A stretch of DNA of 64,000 nucleotides, taken from Candidatus Nanoarchaeia archaeon. Lineage in GTDB: Archaea > Nanobdellota > Nanobdellia > Pacearchaeales > GW2011-AR1. Positions 54,537 to 63,343 of this stretch are shown piece by piece. The translations under genes were made by a program, and so were the position numbers. Position 1 is the stretch's first letter. Each line of letters opens with the position of its first letter. The stretch lies in NCBI GenBank assembly GCA_028718805.1, contig JAQUKY010000001.1, positions 80,384 to 144,383 of the forward strand, written 5' to 3'. Below the pieces are notes generated by a model that worked only from the letters and a program-made list of their open reading frames with translations, was not told the DNA's origin and did not search any database.

Positions 54537-55190
54537 TCAATTATTGAAATAGCTTTTAATTTTTTGTTCAGTTTTTTCTACTATTGGTTTTACTAATTTC
54601 ATATCTTTATCTGCTTGTTCAAATACCCTTTTATTCGTTTGATAGTCCTTTTTTCTAACAAGAAATCTTACTTTTTCGTCATTTATAATGTAAATCCAAT
54701 CAACTTCACCATCTAGGTTTCCATGATTTCCTCCGTCAATATAACCAAAACCATTTATCTTACTTTCTGAATTAATGATTGCTTTTCTAATACATGTTTC
54801 ATATGGCTGATTGTATTCTATTACTATCCTTTCAATAGGCTCTTTTCCTTGAGTTAAAAAAGGAGAAAGGTTTTCTTTTATCTTTTTAAGAAGAGTTTCA
54901 GATTTATAATCATAGTTGTTAGGATCTCCATCGGCGTATTCAAATTCTATGCTTGAAAGAATATGCCTTGCATTATTTTCAATTTGGTTTTCCCATAATA
55001 TATTTCTATCATAATAAATTATGCTATCTATTTCTTTATTATCCTTTTTGGTAGCAGAATATCCTAAATGTATATTTCTCCTAGGATAAGACTTTATAGA
55101 GTTAACATCACTATTACTTGAGTTTGAGAGTGCTGAGATAGATGAGACAGAAAGAACCACTCCGATTGCAATTCTTTTTAATAAATTCAT
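54537..55190 (-). CDS. Hypothetical secreted protein (217 aa)
   Basis: N-terminal signal-like IAIGVVLSVSSISALS. Confidence 0.45.
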   Translation of the reverse strand: MNLLKRIAIGVVLSVSSISALSNSSNSDVNSIKSYPRRNIHLGYSATKKDNKEIDSIIYYDRNILWENQIENNARHILSSIEFEYADGDPNNYDYKSETLLKKIKENLSPFLTQGKEPIERIVIEYNQPYETCIRKAIINSESKINGFGYIDGGNHGNLDGEVDWIYIINDEKVRFLVRKKDYQTNKRVFEQADKDMKLVKPIVEKTEQKIKSYFNN

Positions 55191-55374
55191 AGGTTTTATT
55201 TGTGAGCTATGTTTATAAGCTTTTTTTATTAAAAGTTTTACTGTATAGTGGGTAATCTAAATAGCCTTGCCCACAAAGTAATGACAACAAAAATTATTGC
55301 CCGAAAGTTTTTTAAATACAAAAATCTCAGTATTTCTACCTAAAAGGGAAGGAGAGTTCTGTGATAATATTAAG

Positions 55375-56094
55375 ATGGAAAATAAAATTGAAGCAAGAAA
55401 AAAGTTTATTTACGAACAAGTTGGAGAAGAAGCAATAAAATTGTTAAAAGAATCAGGATTAAATATTGATAATGCTGTAACCAATATATTAAGAGAACAA
55501 GAAGAACAAAGAGAAAAATTAGAGGCTCAAGCAGAATTTGGAACTGTGGAAGATATAATGACTTCTGAACTTGTTTATAAGTCTAAGTCTACAGAAGATG
55601 TTTTTGGTAAAGAATATTCAAGGAGATTATATTTAATTGGATTAGATGATAATCAAATCAAAGGCTTACATCAAGTTGAATCTCTTATTCTTTCAACAGG
55701 AAGTATGTCTGAAGAAAGAAAACAACCGTGGGTTAGAAGATATTTTATAATGCCAGATTCAACTCCAGAAAAAATGCCTAAAGTAGGTGAAATGACTTTA
55801 TCTGAATTAATTTTAATTACCGATGATGCAAATTCTGCTTTTTGGAGAGACCATCATGTTTTATCAGGAGAAGCATGGCAAGCACTTTGCATTGCAGCAT
55901 GTTGTGCTCAATATACAGAAGCAAGATATGCTTATGGTTTCAATGCAAGAACTGAAAAGCTGGGATGGTCAAAAGCTCAAAGCGGAGCATACACAAAAAA
56001 TGAATGTCTTCTAACCGAAAGACTAAAGTGGGGTCACCATGAAAATCCTGCTTGGACTCCCGAAACTACCAATCTCGAACAGTTTAAAAGATAA
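55375..56094 (+). CDS. Hypothetical protein (239 aa)
   Basis: The start is set at the first ATG (MENKIE); the track ORF begins at a TTG. No motif recognised. Confidence 0.4.
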   Translation: MENKIEARKKFIYEQVGEEAIKLLKESGLNIDNAVTNILREQEEQREKLEAQAEFGTVEDIMTSELVYKSKSTEDVFGKEYSRRLYLIGLDDNQIKGLHQVESLILSTGSMSEERKQPWVRRYFIMPDSTPEKMPKVGEMTLSELILITDDANSAFWRDHHVLSGEAWQALCIAACCAQYTEARYAYGFNARTEKLGWSKAQSGAYTKNECLLTERLKWGHHENPAWTPETTNLEQFKR

Positions 56095-56214
56095 TTTTCG
56101 TGACACGACCCTCCTTTTTGTTACAACTTTCTTAAAATCTTATACTGAAAACTTACTTTATGGGCGGAAAACAGCTAATAATCGGCTAATCAAGGGTTTA
56201 TAGGCAGGGCTAAT

Positions 56215-56941
56215 CTAAATCAGCTTTTCTCTCAAATCATTTACAATATCCATCAAGCTTCTTACTCTCTTTCTGTCAACTTGCTGGTAGGTGTTTCCAT
56301 CGGGTTTAAAATAGCTTCCGATGATTGCTGCATCTGCAATTCTTAGCTGTTCATTAATATTTTCTAGATTAACTCCTGCACCAACAACCAAAGGAAAATC
56401 TTCTAATAATCTTTTATATTCTTTTAGTTTTTCTATTGGTGTTTCTATTCCTGTTCCGGCTCCAGTTGTGACAATTGCGTCGCATCTTGGCATTGCCTCA
56501 TGTAAATCCTGTTCAAGAGGATTTCCTGTTTTTTGGATATATTTAAAGCCAACTCCTCCAAGAACAAGAATATCAGAATATTCATTTTTTACTTGCTCAT
56601 ATCTTCTTACATTTAAATCCCTTGTCTGGATACTATCAAACTGCACAAATTTTGCTTTAAAATTCTCTGCTAATCCGAACGCAGAATAAGGATCTATTAA
56701 AACATTTACACCAAGAATAATATTCAGATTTAATTTAGAAGTTTTTTTCTAGTGTATCACAAATATCAGTATAAGTTCCGTGATAGTCTTCTATTATTGC
56801 TCCGTTTACTCCTTCTTCCTGATAAATCATTAATTCTTCGAGAGCTCTTTCTACTTTTTCTTCTTTTTTTCCTGCCAGATGAATCATTCCTATTATTGGT
56901 TTTCTGACAGAAAATAATTTTTCAAATTTATTTAAGTTCAT
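56215..56941 (-). pseudogene. BtpA/SgcQ-family TIM-barrel gene interrupted by a frameshift in an A7 run
   Basis: The N fragment (KPIIGMIHLAG...GVNGAIIEDY) and C fragment (VTTGAGTGIETP...VVGAGVNLEN) match BtpA blocks. The missing middle (LNIILGVNVLIDPYSAFGLAENFKAKFVQ) is readable by shifting frame at 56742-56748. Confidence 0.7.
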
Positions 56942-56943
56942 TT

Positions 56944-58167
56944 TTAAGCAAACCTATTCAGATTATTGCTCATAATCATGTCATGTTTTCTTTCTTTTAA
57001 CCATTCAGTTTCTTTTTCATCTAAATCAAGGCGTTTATTTGCTTCCCGGTCTATAATCAACGGGAAAAGAAAAGCTTCTTTATTTGCTTTTCTCTTGGAA
57101 ATATGGCATCTTTGAGAATATTTTGCTATTATGGATTTCTTTTTTGCATTTTTTTGATTAGAAAGCCAGATTTTTAATATTCTTGAAGGTTTTCTGTATT
57201 TTGTGAACTTTTTGTATTTTAGTTTTGTTGCTGTAGAAATTCCTGCAGATAAAAAAAAGTTTTGGTATAACAAAAATCTCCAGTATTGCTGCCTGTAGAT
57301 TCTTCCTCTGAACACATCTGCCTTGCTTAAACTATCATAAGCTTTTGCCAAGGCTTCTCCTTTATATTCTGAAGGAATATTTTCTTCAACCCATAATAAT
57401 ATTTCATCTAATTCCAGTTTAGTATTGTCATAAACTCTTATTGTTTTTTCTTCTGTTTTGTTTTGGAAAACATTTTTTAATGCATTAAATATGCTTTCTT
57501 CTTTTTCTCTTTCGCTTAGTTCTTCTAAGAATGCCTGTTCCCCTAGACTTATAGCTGTCTGAAGGTCATTTAATGCAGCTCTTACATCTCCCTTTGCCAG
57601 TACTGAAATCATGATTATTGTTTCCGGCCTTAGAGATTTATTTTCTTTTTTTAAAATATCCTTTATTATATTAAGAATTACCTTGTCAGTTAATTCATTT
57701 ACACTTACTAAATGGCATCTTTTTCTTAATAAATTAAATTTCCTGTCCCAGATATCATTTGCAGTTATAATTATAGGATGAGAAGTTTTGTCAATTAAAG
57801 CTATAAGTTCCGGCAACCCCCCCCTGTCTGTTCCGGTTATCCCGTCTGCTTCATCCATTAAAATTAATTTTCCTTTTCTGAATAAAGAATGCTGTTCTAT
57901 AGAAGGCCTTAATACTTCCTCTAATTTTAATCTGTTTCTTAAATCGCTTGCATTTAGTTCAAATAATTCCAAGTTAAACTCATTTGCAAGAGCAATTACC
58001 AAGCTTGTTTTTCCTGTTCCAACAGGGCCGTTTAATATCAGAGCTTTTTTCATTGGAAATCTCTTATAAAAGTTTATAACTTCCTGGATGGCAATGTCCT
58101 GCCCCCTTATATCTGAGAACTTCTTTACTCTGTATTTTTCAATTAAAGGCAAGGTTTTAGGCAGCAT
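56944..58167 (-). CDS. rfcL: Replication factor C, large subunit
   Basis: Walker A LNGPVGTGKTS, Walker B LILMDEADG, and a basic C-terminal region. Confidence 0.9.
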   Translation of the reverse strand: MLPKTLPLIEKYRVKKFSDIRGQDIAIQEVINFYKRFPMKKALILNGPVGTGKTSLVIALANEFNLELFELNASDLRNRLKLEEVLRPSIEQHSLFRKGKLILMDEADGITGTDRGGLPELIALIDKTSHPIIITANDIWDRKFNLLRKRCHLVSVNELTDKVILNIIKDILKKENKSLRPETIIMISVLAKGDVRAALNDLQTAISLGEQAFLEELSEREKEESIFNALKNVFQNKTEEKTIRVYDNTKLELDEILLWVEENIPSEYKGEALAKAYDSLSKADVFRGRIYRQQYWRFLLYQNFFLSAGISTATKLKYKKFTKYRKPSRILKIWLSNQKNAKKKSIIAKYSQRCHISKRKANKEAFLFPLIIDREANKRLDLDEKETEWLKERKHDMIMSNNLNRFA

Positions 58168-58168
58168 T

Positions 58169-58510
58169 TTAAATTATTTTATTTATTCCTTCGAAGTGAA
58201 TTGTTTTATCATCTATATCATAGACTTCATTTACTTTATAAATCCCTTTTGTATACATCTTTCCATTTTTTAAAAGATGGATTGCTCTTTGTATGGTTAT
58301 ACTAGCTAATGGGCGGGATAGTTCCCCGTTTCCTTTTGTTTCTACTAAAGGAATTTCGCCAAAAAACCAGTAATTTCTTTGCCCTTCTTTTAGGAAATCA
58401 TAAAATTTTCCTGCTTCAATATTCTTTGGCAAACATTCATCTTCTAATCTTCCTTTTGTTCCAAATTTTCTTAATGCTAAATCTGGATTAAATTCTATTT
58501 GAATTCCCAT
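58169..58510 (-). CDS. Hypothetical protein (113 aa) inside the rfc operon
   Basis: One nt from the rfcL start; no motif recognised. Confidence 0.45.
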   Translation of the reverse strand: MGIQIEFNPDLALRKFGTKGRLEDECLPKNIEAGKFYDFLKEGQRNYWFFGEIPLVETKGNGELSRPLASITIQRAIHLLKNGKMYTKGIYKVNEVYDIDDKTIHFEGINKII

Positions 58511-58516
58511 TTTAAA

Positions 58517-58744
58517 TTATATACTCACTCCATATATTTTCTTCATTAAATGTCCTACTCTTCTTCGTTGTAATGGCAAATCCATTTCTATTATATTGTA
58601 GTATCCTTCAACCTGGACGTTTAAATGAACATATTTATTTTTAATGTAGTCTATAGCTCTTTGTAAGATGGGATGTTCACATTCACTATAAGCATTTTTT
58701 TCAGAATTCCATAGTTGTCCTAATAATTTTAATAAGTTTTTCAT
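58517..58744 (-). CDS. Hypothetical protein (75 aa) inside the rfc operon
   Basis: ORF only. Confidence 0.4.
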   Translation of the reverse strand: MKNLLKLLGQLWNSEKNAYSECEHPILQRAIDYIKNKYVHLNVQVEGYYNIIEMDLPLQRRRVGHLMKKIYGVSI

Positions 58745-58752
58745 ATTTTAGT

Positions 58753-59145
58753 TTACTCCTCTTTCTTTATGAATAATTTATTACTTCCGTTATAGCGTAT
58801 ACCATGCGGCCATCCTTTTTGGAAGTGTTCAAAACCTTTTTCTGATAGGTTTATGTACCAACTTGAATTTTCTGATTCTGGAATTAATATTTTTCCAAGA
58901 CCTTCCATGTCACTTGCGTTTTTAAAAAACCCTCCTGGATCTTTGCCATAACCAAGAAAAAAATATGTTCTTAGTTCCATGCATGTTCCTCTTAATAATA
59001 TGTATCCTTTTCCGTCTTTGTCCAGATTTTTTGAACTATTATGAATATCTGCAAAATGCTTTGTAGGACCTTTTTCTAATGCATTTGATTCTTCTGCTGT
59101 CAGAAATAAAGTTATATCCTGGTCGTTATCATATTTAACTTGCAT
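58753..59145 (-). CDS. Hypothetical protein (130 aa) inside the rfc operon
   Basis: One nt after the rfcS stop; no motif recognised. Confidence 0.45.
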   Translation of the reverse strand: MQVKYDNDQDITLFLTAEESNALEKGPTKHFADIHNSSKNLDKDGKGYILLRGTCMELRTYFFLGYGKDPGGFFKNASDMEGLGKILIPESENSSWYINLSEKGFEHFQKGWPHGIRYNGSNKLFIKKEE

Positions 59146-59146
59146 T

Positions 59147-60154
59147 TTATTTTACAATTCCTTTTCCAGCAAGCACAAAGCTTGCTAAAAGGGCCTCTAA
59201 TTGGATAAACTCATCGCTTCCCTCAACTAATCTGAATTCAATTTCCCCTGTTTTCTCTGTCAACTTTACTTTTAACTCATCATCAATCTGCAGGTTCCAG
59301 ACTTCTTTCTGTATTGATTTTATTATGTCTGTTCCTGAAACAGATTCTTTTAGCATTACATCCAATAATTTTTCTTTTGCTCTTTCAAAGTCCCCTGAAA
59401 GGGCATATTCCAGGACAATTTTTATGTCTGCTGGCTTTGCGCTTGAGATTAAAGTGCTCACAAGTTCAGAGGTTATTGCAGGAGAAATAGAAGCTGAAGC
59501 CTGAAGAAGATTTATTACCCTTCTGCAATCTCCTTCACTTCCCTCATATAGAGTTTCTATTGTCTTATCACTTATTTGCAGATTTTCGCTTTCTGCTATT
59601 TTTTTGATAATCCTCTCTATATCTTTCCTTTCTAAGAGCTTGAATCTGAAAATTGCTGTTCTTGACTGAATTGGGTCTATTATTTTTGAGGAATAGTTGC
59701 AGGAAAGAATAAACCTGCAGGTTCCTGTGAAATTTTCCATTGTTCTTCTTAATGCCTGCTGGGCTTCCCTTGTTAATGCGTCTGCTTCATCCAAGAAAAT
59801 AACTTTAAATGGAACATCTCCTAACGCTTTTGTCCTTGCAAAATCTTTTACTTTTTGCCTTACAACATCAATTCCTCTTTCATCACTTGCGTTCAATTCC
59901 AGGTAATTCTCTTTCCAAGTTGGACCAAATAACTCTTTTACTACAATTAAAGCCAATGTAGATTTTCCTGTTCCTGCAGGTCCTGCAAACATCATGTGGG
60001 GGATGTTTAATGATTTAGTCAGATTTTGTACTTTTTTTATAATGTCATCCTGCCCAACAACACCTTCAAATTTTTTTGGTCTGTATTTCTCTGTCCAGAT
60101 TGTCAATTCATTAGCTTTTTTTAATTGCCTCTCTTTTAGTTCTTTAAGTTCCAT
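59147..60154 (-). CDS. rfcS: Replication factor C, small subunit
   Basis: Walker A FAGPAGTGKST, Walker B IFLDEADAL, and SRC-position motif PIQSRTAIFRF. Confidence 0.95.
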   Translation of the reverse strand: MELKELKERQLKKANELTIWTEKYRPKKFEGVVGQDDIIKKVQNLTKSLNIPHMMFAGPAGTGKSTLALIVVKELFGPTWKENYLELNASDERGIDVVRQKVKDFARTKALGDVPFKVIFLDEADALTREAQQALRRTMENFTGTCRFILSCNYSSKIIDPIQSRTAIFRFKLLERKDIERIIKKIAESENLQISDKTIETLYEGSEGDCRRVINLLQASASISPAITSELVSTLISSAKPADIKIVLEYALSGDFERAKEKLLDVMLKESVSGTDIIKSIQKEVWNLQIDDELKVKLTEKTGEIEFRLVEGSDEFIQLEALLASFVLAGKGIVK

Positions 60155-60491
60155 ATTAGAATAGGAAGAAAGGGTGAATTTGTTTTATAAAGATTATTAT
60201 GGTGATATGTAATCTTTATTAGGGATTAGAAATGTGTCTGTTGTTTTTCCCTCTATTTTTTAGTTTATATTCCTAATTTATAATCTTATCCGCTTTGGCT
60301 TATGTTCTCATAGCGTTAAAGAGTTTTTTTATTAAGGATTTAGTTTTTTAGCAGCTTAAGCTTGATGTTATTTTTGAGATGAATCTTTCTTCAGAGTGTT
60401 TAACTACATAGTGCATATCATTGTCTTTGGCAAGTTTCATGAGTTCACAGAATGTATCAGCTATAATCCCTATTTTTTCTGCACTTTTTTT

Positions 60492-60884
60492 CTAAAGGAT
60501 TATCCCCCGCATCATAAAAGCTGATATCAACAGCATATCCTCCTCATTTCCAAACTTATTCTTGTTTTTATCTATAGATACTCCTATTAGACCTTTTTTA
60601 TTCTTGAAATGTGTTTGGTTAGCAATCACAGATAACATGTCTCTTGTATACGTTACCCCTTTTTCTACTGGATAATCTTCTTCATCTTTTTCAGTAGCAG
60701 GAGCGCTATCGCGTCTTTCTGTCCAATATTGATTGTTGTCTGTCCAATCATTAGAGCTTTTAAAATAATCTACAAATCTTTGCTTAATTTCATCTTGATT
60801 ACCTTCTCCAATAAGTATTTCCATATTAGAAGTGGTTATATCCAGTATTTTTTCTAAATCAGAGTCAGGGGTTTGCTTAACCAA
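60492..60884 (-). CDS. Hypothetical protein; boundaries doubtful
   Basis: The ORF has only a TTG start, and the nearest upstream ATG is out of frame. Its TAG is followed in frame by 48 more sense codons. Confidence 0.3.
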   Translation of the reverse strand: MVKQTPDSDLEKILDITTSNMEILIGEGNQDEIKQRFVDYFKSSNDWTDNNQYWTERRDSAPATEKDEEDYPVEKGVTYTRDMLSVIANQTHFKNKKGLIGVSIDKNKNKFGNEEDMLLISAFMMRGIIL

Positions 60885-61004
60885 TTCAATAAATTGTTCT
60901 GGTGAATATCTGTCTTTCTCTGGGTAACCATTTTATCTGGATTATTTTTTATGACTTTTGGACCCTTTGGGGTGTATTTAAATGCCTTTTAATCAGAATT
61001 CTTT

Positions 61005-61121
61005 TTAACTTATTCTTGCTTTTCTTTGCTTTCTTTTTCTCTTTACTCTTCTAATTCTTTTTCTCTGCCATTTCCATCTCATTTGGCCTTTCTTTTTCCA
61101 TCTTCTACTTGAGCGTTTCAT
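61005..61121 (-). CDS. rpl41e: Ribosomal protein eL41 (L41e)
   Basis: Not in the ORF track. Translates to MKRSSRRWKKKGQMRWKWQRKRIRRVKRKRKQRKARIS, matching the archaeal eL41 pattern KRSSRRWKKKGxMRWKW as I recall it. Confidence 0.8.
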   Translation of the reverse strand: MKRSSRRWKKKGQMRWKWQRKRIRRVKRKRKQRKARIS

Positions 61122-61152
61122 GAAATAGAATGGAAAATAGTGTTTAAAAAGC

Positions 61153-62163
61153 TTATCTCTTGCTCTTTGATAGCCCTTCAAGGCTTTGTTGATATAATCT
61201 CTCTTTTTCCTGTTTTGTATTTGTAATATTATCTTCTATTTCTTTTAACTCTGCTTTTTTTGTGTTTATGTTAGAATCTATCTTATATATTTCCTCATTT
61301 TTTTCTTTTATAGTCTTTTCTAGACCCTCAAAATTTGCCCTTTGATAAGCTGCTTTTCTCGTTAAATCCCCTAATTCATAATTTTTTGTTTCTATATTTT
61401 TTTCTAGTACAGAAACCTCCCCTATCTTATTTTTATATGCTTCTGTTGCCCTATGTAAATTTTGTTCTGTTGTGTAAACTTCTGTTTGCAGATTTCCTAA
61501 GGTATTCTGCTTGTTTTTAATATCTTTTTCAAGAACAGGTATTTGCGTCTTTAGCGAATTGTAATGGCTAAAATTAAGATCATATTTCTTGAGGCTATTT
61601 TTGTAAGTGTTTCCTGCAAATGCAATTACTAATGCAAGTGCTATTGTTGCAAAGATTTTTGCAGGGCGATTTTTTTTCATTTTTTCTCCCCTGTCTTTTA
61701 TCTTCTGCAGCTCTTCTCTTTCTAAGTATAAGAGGTTTGGATTTGCTTTTTTTAATGCTTTCCTAAAACAGGTGTCTGTTTTTTCTGAGTCTGACCTTAT
61801 AAGAACAAGCCCATCTTTTGTTCTTTTATCGTCTGCTATATAAAGGGCTGCTCTGTCTATTATTTCCGCTAATGGCCTGCCGGAATTCAGCATGTTCTTT
61901 ATATCGTTTCTGCTATTTGCCTGGGTGATCATTTCAAGAAATCCATCTGCGATTATCACGCTCTTTATTCCTCTTTGTCCCTCTTCTATCAGCCTTTTTT
62001 TAGCTTCTTCATCAGATACCTGTTCTTTGAGAAGTGCGGTTAGGGCTTCATAAATAGGGTGTATTATTCCTTCTTCTGTTGAGAAATTAGAAGATTTTTT
62101 GGAATATAATCCTGCTATTTTTTCTGTTAAATTATTTTTCTCCATTTTTCTCACATCCAGCAA
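61153..62163 (-). CDS. Hypothetical bitopic protein: N-terminal globular domain, one TM, long coiled coil
   Basis: TM IFATIALALVIAFAG at about residue 170, followed by about 150 aa of heptad-rich sequence. Its start overlaps the E1-like gene's end. Confidence 0.5.
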   Translation of the reverse strand: MLDVRKMEKNNLTEKIAGLYSKKSSNFSTEEGIIHPIYEALTALLKEQVSDEEAKKRLIEEGQRGIKSVIIADGFLEMITQANSRNDIKNMLNSGRPLAEIIDRAALYIADDKRTKDGLVLIRSDSEKTDTCFRKALKKANPNLLYLEREELQKIKDRGEKMKKNRPAKIFATIALALVIAFAGNTYKNSLKKYDLNFSHYNSLKTQIPVLEKDIKNKQNTLGNLQTEVYTTEQNLHRATEAYKNKIGEVSVLEKNIETKNYELGDLTRKAAYQRANFEGLEKTIKEKNEEIYKIDSNINTKKAELKEIEDNITNTKQEKERLYQQSLEGLSKSKR

Positions 62164-63337
62164 GGCAGTTTCTTAATGTCAGAACTTTTTCAATCCCTCT
62201 GTTAGAATTGTATTTGATAGTAGCTGTGTCTTCATGCATTTTGTTTATCTGGTTTACTAGAAGAGCCCCGGTTATCTGGTTTGAGATTATTGTTGTAGGC
62301 TCATAACAACTGCCAACTTCTTCTTTATCTTTTGTCTGGCTTAGCATTCCAAAACCCTGGCAGTCAAGGCAGGCTGTTTTTCCTGGAATATAAGGCATTA
62401 CACTTCCTTGTATGAAAGATGTCCCAGAATTTAAGAGAGGGGTTTTTGTTTTATAGGAAAGCCAGTCCAGATAATATCTTGCTTTTGCGTTATCAACACA
62501 GCTTAAAATAATCTCATAATATTTTTCTAATTTGTAGTTCTCATCAACCTTCCTAACTATGCCTTTAAAATTTCCTAATTTTGATAACTTTTCTGCCATT
62601 ACTTCTGCTTTATATTTTCCAACTGAATTGTAAAAAAGAATCTGCCTGTTTAGATTAGATTCCTCAACGTTGTCAAAATCAATTACATCAACATCTGCCC
62701 CTGCCATTGCCAGCCCTATGCCTGCAAATGTGCCTATTGCACCTGCCCCAACCAATAAAACTTTCTTGTTTATTTTATCCTCTAAATTACTCGCTGAGAG
62801 CCTGGAAAGGGTTTTATCATCTGGGAGAGGCATTATTCTTTTTCTTATTTCATCTGCTGTTATCCCTGAGGCAATTATTGCATTTATAATCCCATTGTTT
62901 TTTTCATTTTTATGAAAATTGATAATCTCGTCTAAACTTTCATTTTTTTTAATAACTTTAATCTTATAGGATTCTTTAGAGCAGGATGCAGAGATAGCTT
63001 GAATGCTGTTTTTTATTGCATATCCAATACAAATTTGCTTTTCTCTGCCTTCAGAAGCGTCTACAAAAAAATCTGGTTTTCCTATATAATCCTTTGCAAG
63101 TTCTTCATTTAAAACTTCTCCTTGTATTTCTTCAAATTCAGTATCCGGGTTCATATTATAGAAATCTAAAAATTGCAGGCTGTTTTCTCCTATCCTTGTT
63201 ATTTTTCCGAAACCCATTGCTGTTAAGTCTGCAAGAATAAAAGAAGCAAGATTATTTGAGCCAGTTACAACTATGTGTGAATTTTGCAGATTTTCCTGCT
63301 TCCATCCTTTTGCCAGTTCCTGCTTTGCATATCTCAT
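62132..63337 (-). CDS. E1-like protein with tandem ThiF/MoeB-type domains (degenerate N, active-looking C)
   Basis: C half: VLLVGAGAIGTFAGIGLAMAGADVDVIDFDNVEESNLNRQ, SCVDNAKAR, CLDC...CLAGC. N half: RYAKQE...NSHIVVTGSNNLASFILADLTAMGFGKITRI, with ThiF-like layout but no Gly loop or NRQ. Confidence 0.8.
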   Translation of the reverse strand: MRYAKQELAKGWKQENLQNSHIVVTGSNNLASFILADLTAMGFGKITRIGENSLQFLDFYNMNPDTEFEEIQGEVLNEELAKDYIGKPDFFVDASEGREKQICIGYAIKNSIQAISASCSKESYKIKVIKKNESLDEIINFHKNEKNNGIINAIIASGITADEIRKRIMPLPDDKTLSRLSASNLEDKINKKVLLVGAGAIGTFAGIGLAMAGADVDVIDFDNVEESNLNRQILFYNSVGKYKAEVMAEKLSKLGNFKGIVRKVDENYKLEKYYEIILSCVDNAKARYYLDWLSYKTKTPLLNSGTSFIQGSVMPYIPGKTACLDCQGFGMLSQTKDKEEVGSCYEPTTIISNQITGALLVNQINKMHEDTATIKYNSNRGIEKVLTLRNCLAGCEKNGEK

Positions 63338-63343
63338 TTGAAA

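Noticed and set aside
60492-60494. TAG stop-codon recoding (for example pyrrolysine) at the in-frame TAG.
   Set aside because: TAG terminates other well-defined ORFs in the window. No pyl genes or tRNA-Pyl are visible. Gene decay or sequencing error is a simpler explanation.
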